Assembly (NCBI RefSeq): GCF_009914755.1
Contig: NC_060931.1
DNA length: 64,000 nt
Source of the DNA: the human T2T-CHM13v2.0 reference genome, Homo sapiens
Direction: 5' to 3' (one strand)
Shown piece after piece: positions 18,287 through 31,490 of this stretch. The notes below the pieces were generated by a model that was not told the DNA's origin, made no database searches, and was given only the letters and a program-made list of their open reading frames with translations. The first letter of the stretch is position 1. Every line of letters begins with the position of its first letter. The position numbers were made by a program, and so were the translations under genes.

Positions 18287-19006
18287 AGTCCTGAAGAGTA
18301 GCACAAGACATGACAAAAAAATGAATAAATATAAATTGTTGTAAGTCCAAAGAAGAAAGCAAACATCATGTGAAATAGGAAACAATAAAGAGGACCTACT
18401 TTAAGATAGGTTGTACAGGGAGAACTGCTTTGAGAAGGCAATATTTAAACTGAAGCATGAAGAATGAGTAGAGAAGGAGCTTTCCAGAAAGACAGAACAT
18501 ACAGACAAAGACCTTAAGGTAGGAAAGAGATCAGAATGTTTTGAGGAAAGAGGAAAAAGGAAAAAGTCTAAAGTGACAAGAACATAGTGGGTAAAGAAGA
18601 AGAAAAAAACAACTCTAAACTGGGATTTCTCCAACTAATGTATGTACAGGAGAGGCTCCTTCAGTGTGCTGGATAATTATTCACTACAGTGAGTTTTAGA
18701 ACAACAAAGAGTTACCGCTCTTAAAATTATTTCCATCCTCCACACTTTAAACAAAACCCTATGTATTTTTTAAATCTGAATTATTACCTAAGGTATACCT
18801 GATATCCTCTTTTCTATGAAACTGCCTACCTTTTCTCAAATTTGAGGTTGTGACATTAATGTAAAGCCTTTAAAGAATGAGTCCTAAATACATATTTGGC
18901 AATCTTATTCTAATCTCTTCCCCTTAGAAATTTACAAGTGTTAAGAAATTTCAAAATATTCCTGGGATCTTAAAAAATAAAGTGAAAAGAAGTATGTTAT
19001 TATTAC

Positions 19007-19119
19007 CTTAAGAAAAAACCTCTTGTCAGTTCTTGCTGGATTGTATGAAGCAAGGTATGCAGCAATTAGAATGAACTTAGAGTAATATGGAAGTTCCACA
19101 TGAGTATGCGCTGAGAGGC
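19007..19119 (-). CDS. ORC5: ORC5 exon 10 ([38 protein letters not shown])
   Basis: 113 nt, tatatag|GC and AAG|gtaata. Confidence 0.98.
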
Positions 19120-19503
19120 CTATATAACAAAACACTTTGATGAAGTACTTATTAGGCTAACATTGGGTTTTAAGTATCTCTTCTCACTTGACTTTTCATT
19201 TCCATATGGTATTCTCTAGTCAAAATGACCTATTTCCTTATTTTAAAAAGTGTCATGATAATGATGGTCGTGGTGGTGATCAACACTATTATTAATGACA
19301 GGCTTTACTCAATCTATTATTTTTGCTTGGCTCTTCTCATTCTGAAGTCTAAATCCTACTCGTTCTTCTCTTCAAGGCCACGCTCTCCATTAAACCCCTG
19401 GTGTTCCCCTACCACACCAAAATAGAGAAACTTATTTCTACTATGAATTCCTACTCTGAGTATTCCCACATAACGTGATGCCTTATATTAACAGTTAACT
19501 GTA

Positions 19504-19710
19504 CAGGTTGAGTATACTTTATCTGAAATGCTTGGGACCAGAAGTGTTTTGGATTTTTTCAGATGTTAGAATACTTGTATATGCCAGTTGAACATCCCTA
19601 AATTCTGAAAAATCAAAGAAAACAAGCATTTCCTCTGAGCTTATGTCAGCACTCAGAAAATTTTGGAGCATTTTCTATTTGGAAGTTTTGGATTCAGAAT
19701 GCTTAACCTG
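19504..19710 (+). mobile_element. Tigger4a (Zombi/MER46) DNA transposon
   Basis: CAGGTTGAG...TTAACCTG terminal inverted repeats with TA duplications. Confidence 0.82.
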
Positions 19711-20515
19711 TACATAAATCATACCCCTTAGTAAACAATACTATTTGTTGAAGGACCTATGTCTAATGTTTTTTTGTATCCCTACACTGCCTTGCACATA
19801 GAAAATAACTGATGAATGGATAAATATTAAAACAGTAGGGTCATTCAAGTAGCACTGATTCTTAAGGGAAGGGAAGGAATCTGATATTTACTGAAAATCT
19901 ACTATGTGTCAGACACTGTGTTAGGTGCTTTACTTAAGCATCACTTTGAATCTTTGCAGTAATGCTAAATATTCTTCCTATCTCACAAGTGAAAAATTGA
20001 GCTGGGTTCAAGGTCAAACAGATAGAAAGTAGTGCAAATCAATTATTACAGATTTGTTCTAACTCTGGCATCTATCCCTTTTCCTAAAAACACACAACTA
20101 GAAGTCACTTGTAAAGCATCTGGAACACATAAAAACCAAAAAAACACAAAACAGCACTATTTCATACCATTTTCTTTAACCATCAGCCACTGACTTTTAA
20201 AAAAAAATTTTTTTTCAATATTTGCTCATTTTTTTAAGTAAAATTAGTTCTATTTAATATTTGGGATGAATCCAAAGTAGTAGTTTTCTTAAACAAAAGC
20301 ACAATGTTTTCAAAACATAACCACCAAAGTGCATATCCCAAACCGATTAACATAAAATTACATTTTATTCCATAAAACTCATGAAATATAAACATAATGA
20401 GATAAAACTGTCACATAATTAGATTGCTTTAATAAAAGCATTTAAAGAAATAGAAACTGCTTGATTTTCATGATATAATCCAATATTTAGAAAATAGAAA
20501 GCTGGTATTCAAACT

Positions 20516-20521
20516 TTTATT
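20516..20521 (-). terminator. Candidate intronic poly(A) signal for the short ORC5 form
   Basis: AATAAA on the minus strand ~90 nt after the read-through stop; a second AATAAA at 20369-20364. Confidence 0.55.
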
Positions 20522-20609
20522 TCCTCCCATTAAATTAGAGCTTCAGTTAAAGAAAAATCATTAATCAAAATAGCATTATAGCTTGAAAAGTAAATTCTCT
20601 TTTATAACA

Positions 20610-20707
20610 CTATTTCCTGACTGAATGCTCTTTAGTATTAACTTTAGTATCTTGATAATTAGCTGAAGAAGTATCTCCGGTAACTGTCTCAATACTTCCT
20701 CTGATAC
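20610..20707 (-). CDS. ORC5: Alternative terminal extension of exon 9 (short 324-aa ORC5 form ending GIRGSIETVTGDTSSANYQDTKVNTKEHSVRK*)
   Basis: Frame stays open past the exon 9 donor to TAG at 20612-20610; AATAAA on the minus strand at 20521-20516; total 324 aa, matching my recollection of the short annotated ORC5 isoform. Confidence 0.75.
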
Positions 20708-20760
20708 CTTTCAGTTGCCCCGGATCTGTGTCATCTTTCTGTAGCTTTTCCCACTGGGAA
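20708..20760 (-). CDS. ORC5: ORC5 exon 9 (S-SQWEKLQKDDTDPGQLK-G)
   Basis: 53 nt, ttttcag|TT and AAAG|gtatca. Confidence 0.97.
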
Positions 20761-21030
20761 CTGAAAAAAAATAGAAGAGCAAAAATGAATTAAAAATAAA
20801 TAAAATCAATATGGTGTACTTAAAACAGAGCCCTAGAAAAACTAAATTTTTTTATTTATTAACAAAACAGAAAAGAAAAATATATACATGCAATAAACAT
20901 GTTTGTACCTGTACAAAATAATTTAATGTATATATTAGAATGGCATAAATTTATAAAGCAATATCTAGATATTAACTATTTTAATAATCTCTTTTACTAT
21001 GATGACTGTTGTAGCTATCAAAAAACTTCA

Positions 21031-21348
<318 letters not shown>

Positions 21349-22494
21349 CTACCACCTACCACTCGGTAAAACTCCCAATGTTCTAGTTACCGTATTAGAT
21401 GCAATTGTCATATACTATTTCTAAACTCTATAGCAATCCCTCAAAGTAGGTATCACACCAGAAAACTGAGGCTCAAAGATTAAGTCACCCAAGGACATTT
21501 AGCCAGTCAATACTAGAGCTACGAGTCGAATCCTTGTAGGATGCTTGCCTTGCAGAATTCAAGGTATTTTAATTGCCCCATCCTGGACTTATTTGCAATT
21601 AAAACTGTTAAACAACCAAAACACTATTAAGAATATGAAGTGATTATGACACGACAAATTGAATTTATAAGGCAACACACTATAGTATAATGAGTAAAGA
21701 ATGCCCTACGACAGTTTTAGCTGCATGACTTCGAAAAAATGAATAGTTTACTCATAAAAAAAAATAAGGCAGTTTGATGCAAAGGTGCTCACCAACTCTA
21801 AAACTCTCACAGAACTCTTAAAAATGAGCTAATTTACAGGGCTAATTTAAAAATAATGCCAGATTAGAACAATTAAATATCCAAAATCTGCATGAAGAAC
21901 AGGGTGGAAGTGATAAGGATGAGTGTGGGCCTTCTTTGAGTATACTTTAAAAAAAGTAGTTTTAGCTTTTGAAGTATTCTTTGATGCCCATCTCTCACCT
22001 GTATAGCAATCAACAAGTTTAATTTTCCCCTTTCTCTTTTCCTTCTTTTCCCAATTTTTAAGTTGTAATATTCCTACCTTGTCAGAATACATAATATTTA
22101 CATACTATTCTTCTACTCTTATTTCCACCTTAATTTTAGTTTGGAGCTAAGCTTAATTAAATTCAATGTTCATCATCAATCCTTTTGTTAGTTTCTCCAG
22201 TCATCTCTTTTTCACATCAAGGTCGTCCTAAGAAATGTCTTATGAGTAGTGTTCTCTGAGTTCTTCCATGTTTAATATTGTTTTTCTCTAGCCTTGATAG
22301 TTCAATGACAGGTTTGACTGAACATAAAATTATTTGGCTTACACTTCCTTTCTCCTTGAGTTTCTTGAAATTGTTGATCCATTTGTTTCACTTTTTCACT
22401 GACTTTCCTTTGTAAGTGACTTTTATTTTTTGCCTGAAAGCTCAGAGGTTTTTTTCTGTTATTTTTAAAGTCTAAATGCTTTCCAAGAAGTCTC

Positions 22495-22935
22495 TGTAGT
22501 AGGCTGAATAATGGCTCTGCCTCCAAAGATACCAAAGTCCAAATCCCTAGAACATGTGAATACATTCTTATGGGGTAAAAGGGACTTAGCAGATGTGACT
22601 GAGTTAAGGATCTTCAGATAGACATTACACTGCATTATCCAGATAGGCCCAATAGAGTCAGAAGGATCCTTCTAAGAGGAAGACAAGTCAGAGAGAAGAG
22701 AAAATGCTACACTGCTAGCTTAGAAGATGGAGAATGGAACCACAAGCCAGGGAATGAAGGCAGCCTCTAGAAGTTAGAAAAGGCAAAGAAATAGATTCTC
22801 CTTGAGAACCTCCAGAAGAAAAGCCCTGTGGACCTGTTTTAGACTTCTGACATACAAAACTGTAAGACAGTAACTATGTGTTGTCCTAAATCACTAAATT
22901 TCTGATAATTTGTTACAGTACAATATACTAGTACA
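22495..22935 (+). mobile_element. MLT1D-like LTR inserted in an old antisense L1M
   Basis: TGTAGTAGGCTGAATAATGG...CTAGTACA; 5-bp TSD GTCTC/GTTTC. Confidence 0.8.
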
Positions 22936-23922
22936 GTTTCAGAATTGATCATTCTGGATTAATTGGGAAAATGAACTGTTTTAATGTGTAAAGCTAGGTC
23001 TTCTATTTCTGGAACGTTTTCTTGGATTATAATTTTAGATCTTAACTCCAATCCATTGTTCTTTTCTGTCTTCAGGAGCTCCAATTAAATATATGTTAAA
23101 TCTTCTTTGTCTATCATATTTGTCACATCCTACTTGATTATTTTTACCTCTTTTTTTAGTTTTGTTCTCTTGATTATTTTCAGTCCTTTCCTCAATGTCT
23201 CTTACTATATTCTCAGTTGAATCTACTTTCCTTTGGATATCTTATTTTTTCATTTTCATTTCTGAGATAACTACTATTGCCTGAACTTTGCTCCTGAGTT
23301 TGATCAACTTTTATTTCACATCCCCCTGTTCTTTGTCCATTTATTCTAAGTTATTGAATTTCAAACTTAAAGAATGCTTTCCATACCTGAAAATGCTTTT
23401 TAAACAAACCTAAACCAAGTAAAGGTGTGGTATTGCAGTCTTCCTCTGCTTTGTTTTGGGTGTTAAGGGGGAAATGTTCATCAACTAAACTGTTTTATTC
23501 ACATTTTCTGTTTCTTCCTAAATAATACCTTTACATGGCTTTTCCATGTTGTCTTTTATTCATTTTGAAATACCTAATGTTTGGCTTGGTCAGTAATAAC
23601 AGGTGACTTTATGAATGCAGGGGTAAGGTTGCAGAATGGCACAATTACTTAATTCTAAAGTGCTCCCTTCTGGAAAAATAATGAAGTCAAGTTTCTTTAA
23701 TATATGGTGCTATTATGAAAAGGAGGGATTAGCTTCTGATTTTGTCATTTCTTTTTTATTTGGGGGATGAGAGGAATCTTTAATTTCTATCCTTTCTTTC
23801 CATTCTTTTCCTTCATTACCAACTCTCAAAGGAATACCACACCCTTCTGAATCAACTACTTGTCTCTCCTCAAAACAGTACTTTCCCAAGACTATCATGC
23901 TAACTCTGGCCCCCATACTCTT

Positions 23923-24121
23923 AAAACAAAAAAAATACAAAAAATTAGACAGGTGTGGTGGCACATGCCTATAGTCCCAGCTACTCGGGAGGCTCAGGTG
24001 GTAGGATCACCTGGACCTAGGGAGGTTGAGGCTGCTATGAGCTGTGATCTTGCCACTGCACTCCAGCCTGGACGAGACAATGGGACCCTGTCTCAAAAAA
24101 ACAAAAAAACAAAAAACAAAA
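23923..24121 (+). mobile_element. Alu right arm (truncated AluJ/FRAM)
   Basis: Linker, right monomer and tail. Confidence 0.85.
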
Positions 24122-25678
24122 TGTCACTTTGATTCTCCAGTAGCCAGTGCTCTAATCCTTCCAGCCTCAGAACTGTTCAATACTTTCTCACTCAGGGTTG
24201 AACTCTCTTTCTTCAAGTAATTTCATTTGTATTTCACCACTACTAGTCAACGTATCCCTTGTCCCAACAATCTTCTCTTTTCCTTTCAGTCTTTGTTTGA
24301 CTTTTCACCTCAGCATGAGCTCCAGAGCTGGCCCTGTTGGTTTCAGTTGTTTACTTCACTACTGGTATATAAAATGAAGCTTGTAGCAATCTCTAACTCC
24401 TGTTAATACAGCAGGCAAGAGTTATGGGTGGTTCTATTAGCTCTCTTTATTGATATTGTGGACACAATTGAATTTAGGTGGCCATAATTATCCTATGGGA
24501 CTAGAAGTCCTTTCATTATTATGTAAGAATCATTTTAACAAGCAAACAAGTTTTCCTACATTTAGAAGATCACAAGCTTTTCCATTCTATGATTTCTAAA
24601 AACTCTCATTAAATGAATTTTTGTTACTGAAAAAGGAAAAGGAGTAATAGTATCTTTGTAGTATTTCTGTTAATTAAGAAACTACCAAATTTTTACCTGA
24701 ATTATAGGCTAATCAGTTAATTAAACTGAAATCAAACAAAATTATTAAGGAATAGTTAGTGATAGAATAAGGCATTCATGAGAGAAAAATGGTAAAAAAA
24801 ATTGACTAGAAAGAAAAGCAGACAGTGTTGATATTTTTAGGTTTCCTATATTGATTTGTAATCTAGGCTTAATCTAATATCTATAAGACACTTCAATATT
24901 TACAATAATTTTCAGATACATTATCTAAATCTTCTAAGGACTGTTAGAGGAGAAAGCCAAAGCCTAGAGGTTTTAGGACTTGCTAAGTTCACATACGGCA
25001 GACAATGGCTGAGCTGGAAGTCAAAATCATGTTCTTCTCACACACTATGTGCCACCATGTCTCTCCTGAGCTGTTTCACTACTAAGAAATTTTAATAATA
25101 GACAAATGTCGATTTATAACGGTTCATATATTTATTTTAAAATCAAATTTTCATTATATCATTCAAATATCTAGCATAAATATGGCAAAGCTAGTACTGA
25201 CTTTCCTATAGCTTTCCAGGTTAAAAAAAAAAAAAAAAGGCTTTGTTACAAATTGTGTAACATAATGGAGTCACATGTGCTAAAACCCCCAACAAGTAGA
25301 GCCAGGGAGGGCCACGAAGAAAGTGTTATCACGGATAATGCTTGATAAAAGAACCATCACAAAAAACTGAAAAAACCATAACCTTGCACAAAGGCCATCA
25401 TAACCTTATACAAAAATCCTGTGAGGATGTTTGCCCAGCAACTGCCTGTCAAACTCCGAACTGGTACCACCTTTGTTGTTGATCCTTGTAGCCAAGAATA
25501 ATTATCTCAAAACAATTATGTAATTCTCCTCATTCTTCCTTTAAAAACCTTTGCCTCTCTTTACCTTCCTGAATATGCAGAGTTTACTACAGCATATGCA
25601 TTCCCACTGCAATGCCCATCCTCAAATAGATTATCATTTTCTTTTAGAGTCCCTCTCTGTTGTTTAGGTTGACATATC

Positions 25679-25696
25679 TGGAGTCAGAAGTGGGAC
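25679..25696 (+). other. Retroviral primer binding site, tRNA-Leu(CAA) type
   Basis: TGGAGTCAGAAGTGGGAC, 16/18 to TGGTGTCAGAAGTGGGAT, 4 nt after the 5' LTR terminal CA. Confidence 0.8.
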
Positions 25697-26015
25697 TTGC
25701 AGCAAGATCACCTTCAGAAGGAATCAGCAATTCTTAGAACTGGTATATAGTACTCACTTGAGCCCTCTGAACTTTCTGCTTCCGCAGCTCACCTTTTCTG
25801 CCCTGGTGAGCCTCCTGCTTTTTGATGGAAGCTCCTAAATTCATTCAGGATCTCATTAAGGGCACCTTAATAAAGGGCCTTGCAATCCTCTTGGGATAAT
25901 AACAACTTTTTGCCTTTTCTGGCAATCCCTTTCTGGTAAGGACAAGTGTCCTTCTGGTTTGAATACTCCGGTTACTATAAAATTTGTGTTCTGTGAGGTA
26001 TGTCTTTTCTGGTGA

Positions 26016-26385
<370 letters not shown>

Positions 26386-26755
26386 GTAAAATTTTTGTGA
26401 ATACTCTTATCTTGGTTTCATTTTGGTTTGGTAACACACATCTGTAAATAATTTAGCTTTTTTCCCTCGCTTATTTCTAAGAATCTACAAGAAGCAAAAA
26501 TAAACATTCTAAATGGTGGGCACAGCCTAGCTAATTAAAAGCCACTACGATGGTCCCCACCATCTAAAACACTGGTCCAAATGCCTAATACTCCCTGACA
26601 AGATTTATGGGATTTTCTTTGTTCTTGAGTGATTAATAAGAAACAAAATGGGATCCTCAAATTCTAAAGGCATGCCAAAACAATCTACCTTTGGGGATTC
26701 CAGCCAGCTATATTATGGACTGTTCTTGGGCATATTTTTTAACTGATGGGCAAAT

Positions 26756-27454
26756 TGTTACAGAAGGCAGCTAGTCAGGCATGAGCAGGACAGGAGAAGG
26801 CTCCCCCTACCCCACCAGGAACAGCAGGTGACCCTAGGGTGATGGGCAAGCTATTGTCACACTGTATCGCTAATAATTGGTCACAGCTGGCACCATGCAA
26901 CGGCAGTCTCCCAATAGATAGAAACGCCTGAAACTGGTGATCAGCAGCTTTCCAATAAGATCTCAGGAGTTGGGTAGGTAAGCTCAGGCATGTGCAGTAA
27001 GAGGCAAAATAGAGGCATTTAACTAGTATATGACCTTCCAGGGACATTCCACTGGTAAGGGAAGAATACCTCCAGTGAGCATGTGTACAAGGCCAGTAAA
27101 CACACTGCACATGCTCACCTCCCAAGGACTAGCAGGCCACTGCACACACATGGACAGCCAACCACAAGGGAAGAATCAGAGAAGGGTTGTAGGAACCCAG
27201 AAGTAAGCCAACATATAAAACTCTAAGTAAAAGGTCAATGGGGCACTTATCTTTCAAGTCGCCTGCTTGGCCTTCCTCCAAGTGTACTTTCCTTCCTTTT
27301 GTTCCTGTTCTAAAGCTATATAATAAATTTTCACTCCTGCTCTAAAACTTGCCTGTCTCTCCTTCTGCCTTGTGCTTCCTTGGTAGAATTATTTCTTCTG
27401 GGAAGAAAAGAATTGAGGTTGCTGCAGGCCCAAACGGATTTGCCGCTGGTAACA
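26756..27454 (+). mobile_element. MER50 solo LTR nested in the ERV gag region
   Basis: TGTTA...TAACA termini; 4-bp TSD AAAT; AATAAA at ~27322. Confidence 0.85.
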
Positions 27455-28569
27455 AAATGACATCAAGGAAAATTTGGAGCACAATGGCCATTATTTGAAC
27501 TCTTTAAACTTATTTAAAAAAACTGCAACCAACTAAAGAATTAAAATATGTAGAGCATTCTAATTTCTCTACCTCTCTATTTTTTTCCTGCCTACTTTGA
27601 ATCTAGTAACTTTTTCTGCTGGTATTAAGATAAACTTGCTGCTATGGCATTCCAGCCAAGATAGAAACAAAGGGGGAAAAAGTTTTAGAGTGCTTTCAAA
27701 TTATTGTTTTACAAATTACATCAGCTCCATGGCAACTGACAACCTACACATTTTCTGGAAATGTAAATTTAGGTTTGCCTTACTAACAATTGCTTTGAGT
27801 GATGGAACAGTTAATTTAAGAGTTGGATGTTCTAAAAGAAAAGAAGAGATCAATGTTTATAAGAGTTAGGCTCTCAGATCAAAGAGGTCAAAATCTTGAG
27901 CTCAGAGCAATAATATAACATTTCTCTGTCTGGCATAAAAATGGCTTTGTCTGCCATGCAGGGACTAGAAAAAGCTGAAACAAACCAAAACCACCCTGCT
28001 AAAACGCTTCCAAAACCACCCTGCTAAAACGCTTCCTCATCCACAATGACTAGTCAAGCAAATCAGACCAATAAACAAAAGACAGTTTTGTTACTAATTC
28101 TAGGATACTTGGAGATTTTTTTCTTATATAATTCAGCTAGTCCTATCTAAAAAATATAAACATTGGAATGTGTAACACTAAACTTATTTGAAACTGAAAA
28201 AAGGATAAAAAGAAGTGTTTTTAAAAATCAAACTGCTACAGAAACTGCTTTATCCAAAATGTTGGTACACAGTCTTCATAAGATTGCCTACTGGGACAAA
28301 TAAAGTTTAGTCATGAGAACAGGTCCCAATTTTATCAGAAATATAGTTTGGATCCAACTATCCTTTTATAAACTGGTGTGTATATGTGTTTGTGTTTATA
28401 CATATATACATATGTTGTGTCTACGTGGTAAAATCTGGCACAGTTGTCCAGAAATCCCTTAGGGCATTCTATTCAGATTGGCTTCAATAATAATGAAAAC
28501 TGTTAAAATAAACAGTAATTAAACCAAATGACATGTGACTTAAATGAACCTTTAATAAATAAGCTAGTT

Positions 28570-28959
28570 ATCTGGGAAAGGCATAGACAGGGAAAGCCTG
28601 GTTGCATTAAAAAGGCTTTACAGGGCCATTTCAAAATATGTCAAAGAAATATTTTGCGGTAAAATACTTTGATTTCTTTCGGTGTCTGCTATCTGTCATG
28701 TGATTCTATATCAGAGTCCAGTTGGAATTTGGTTTCTTATTGACACAAAGAGTCTGTTTTGTCAGTCTTACGATCTCTCTGCTTTAATGTTAATGATGGT
28801 CAGTTGTGCCTAAGCTCTAAAAGGGAGGGGCTATAATGGACGTGTCTAGCCTCCCTTTTCCTCATGGCTAGGAATAGTTTTTCAGGTTTTTGTGAGGTCC
28901 CCTTTGCCAAGCAGTCCATTTAGTTGTTGGGGAGCTCAGGATTTTATTTTTTGTGTACA
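28570..28959 (-). mobile_element. MER4-family LTR 5' portion, antisense, nested in the ERV
   Basis: Reverse strand reads TGTACACAAAAAATAAAATCC...CTTTGACATATTTTGAAATGGCCC. Confidence 0.7.
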
Positions 28960-29806
28960 GTAGTTCAATACTTTTTTAAATATAAAAATAAATAAGCAAG
29001 CTGGTTTTAAACTTGTTGATAAAATAAAAATAGAAATGTCTTCAGAATTGTCGGCATAAACTTTTGCCGGGATTTATGGGCCGGGCAGTTTTATATTTGT
29101 CTCTACTAGACAAGAGGTTTTAATAAGGTATAAGGGTTTGACACAGAAGTACAAAACTATAAACTCAGCCTAAATACAGAACAATCTTTGTTTGTGTAAC
29201 TCTTTGATAAATAAGACCAATTGAATATTGTTGGTTTAATAAAAACAGCTGTGTCTCCAAAGTAATCAGCAAAATACCCACAACTTTAAGATTCTCACTT
29301 AGGTGAACACCTGATATTCATAGGCTATAAAAATGATTAACATGGAAATAGCTTGAACTAATGACTAGCCTTGCCTAATGCCTCAGTTTTCATAAGAAAT
29401 CTACTTATACTTGTTAAAAATAAATAAATTAGATGAATGTAGGTGGCATAAACATTTACAAATAGTTGAATTAAATAATACTCATTAAATGTCTGAATCA
29501 CTTCCAAATAAGAAAAAATACTGAAATATAAATTACTAAACATAAGTTTGTTCTTGGCTTCTTAAAGTCTAAGAAAAGACTATATTTGGGACTATCACTA
29601 CACATAAAAGTTAGGTTATAAACATATTTATAAAATTACAAAATTGCTCATATCTATAAAAAACTGACATGTGACAAAATTTCTTGCTTCCTAGGTTTTT
29701 ACTAGAAATTGAGGTTACTAAAAGTAACCTTAACAATTCTAACATATATAATTCTGTACACAAAGTATACCCCCAAAAATAAGATGTGTTTTTAATGAGA
29801 ATTATT

Positions 29807-31049
29807 GTTTTTTTAAATTTTACTTTAAGTTCTAGCATACACGTGCAGAACGTGCAGGTTACATAGGTATACATGTGCCATGGTGATCTACTGTACCTTT
29901 CGTCCCATCATCTCAGTTTTAAGCCCTGCATGCATTAGGTATTTGTCCTAATGCTCTCCCTCCCCTTGCCCTCCACCCCGCAAAAGGCCCCAGTGTGTGA
30001 TGTTCCCCTCCGTGTCCATGTGTTCTCATTGTTCAACGTCCACTTAGAGTGAGAACATGCAGTGTTTGGTTTTCTGTTCCTATGTTAGTTTGCTGAGAAT
30101 GATGGCTTCCAGCTTCACCTATGTCCCTGCAAAGGACATGAACTCATCCTTTTCATGGCTGCATAGTATTCCATGGTGTTTATGTGCCACATTTTCTTTA
30201 TCCAGTCTATCATTGATGGGCATTTGGGTTGGTTCCAAGTCTTTGCTATTGTGAATAGTGCTGCAATAAACATAGGTGTGCATTTGTCTTTATAGTAGAA
30301 TGATTTACAATCCTTTGGGTATGTACCCAGTAATGGGATTGCTGGGTCAAATGGTATTTCTGGTTCTAGACCCCTGAGGAATCACCACACTGTCTTTCAC
30401 AATGGTTGAACTAATTTACACTCCCACCAACAGTGTAAAAGCATTCCTATTTCTCCACAGCCTCACCAGCATCGTTTCCTGACTTTTTAACAATAGCCAT
30501 TCTAACTGGCTTGAGATGGTATCTCATTATGGTTTTGATTTTCATTTCTCTAATGACCAGTGCTGATGAGCTTTTTTCATGTTTGTTGGCCACATAAATG
30601 TCTTCTTTTGAGAAGTGTCTGTTCATATCCTTTGCCCACTTTTTGATGGGGTTGTTTTTTTCTTGTAAGTTTGTTAAAGTTCCTTGTGGATTCTGGATAT
30701 TAGACCTTTGCCAGATGGGTAGCTTGCAAAAATTTTCTCCCATTCCATAGGTTGCTTGTTCATTCTGATGATAGTTTCCTTTGCTGTGTAGAAGCTCTTT
30801 AGTTTGATTAGATCCTATTTGTCAATTCTGGCTTTTGTTGCAATTGCTTTTGGTGTTTTATTCATGAAGTCTGTGCCCATGCCTATGTCCTGAATGGTGT
30901 TGCCTAGGTTTTCTTCTAGGGTTTTTATGGTTTTGGGTTTTACATTTAAGTCTTTACTTCATCTTAATTTTTGTATAAGATGTATGAAGGGGTCCAGTTT
31001 CTGTTTTCTGCATACAGCTAGCCAGTTTTCCTAGCACCATTTATTAATA
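29807..31049 (-). mobile_element. 5'-truncated L1PA7/8-like LINE-1 nested in the ERV
   Basis: Antisense L1 3' UTR and ORF2 end (track ORF 30447..30743); flanked by a ~95-bp direct duplication. Confidence 0.93.
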
Positions 31050-31352
31050 AGGTTACTAAAAGTTACCTTAACAATTCTGATTAACATATATAATTCTGTA
31101 CACAAAGTGTATCCCAAAACATAAGATGTATTTTTAATGAGAATTCTTACAAAGCCAAAAAAAAGTGTTCTTTATTGAGAAAAAAGAATAATTTTGTCAA
31201 AATTCTGAAGGTTATTTAAGGTTATTTTAGAAAGTAAATTTAAGAAAACAGAAACATGACAGAAAGGAACCAGTAAGTAGGAGACACAGATGTGCAAAGT
31301 TAAGGGTATAAAGATGTATTTTTGGTAAAAGAAGGTTAAAAAGAAAAGTGAA

Positions 31353-31490
31353 TTTTTTTTTTTTTTTTTTTTAAGAGACAGGGTCTCACCATGTTTCCCA
31401 GGCTGGTCTTGAACTCCCATGCTCAAGCAATTGTCCTGCCTTGGCCTCCCAAAGTGCTGGAATTATATGTGTGAAGCATCACACCCAGTC
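31353..31490 (-). mobile_element. FLAM / Alu left monomer
   Basis: Poly-T followed by a single antisense monomer. Confidence 0.85.
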
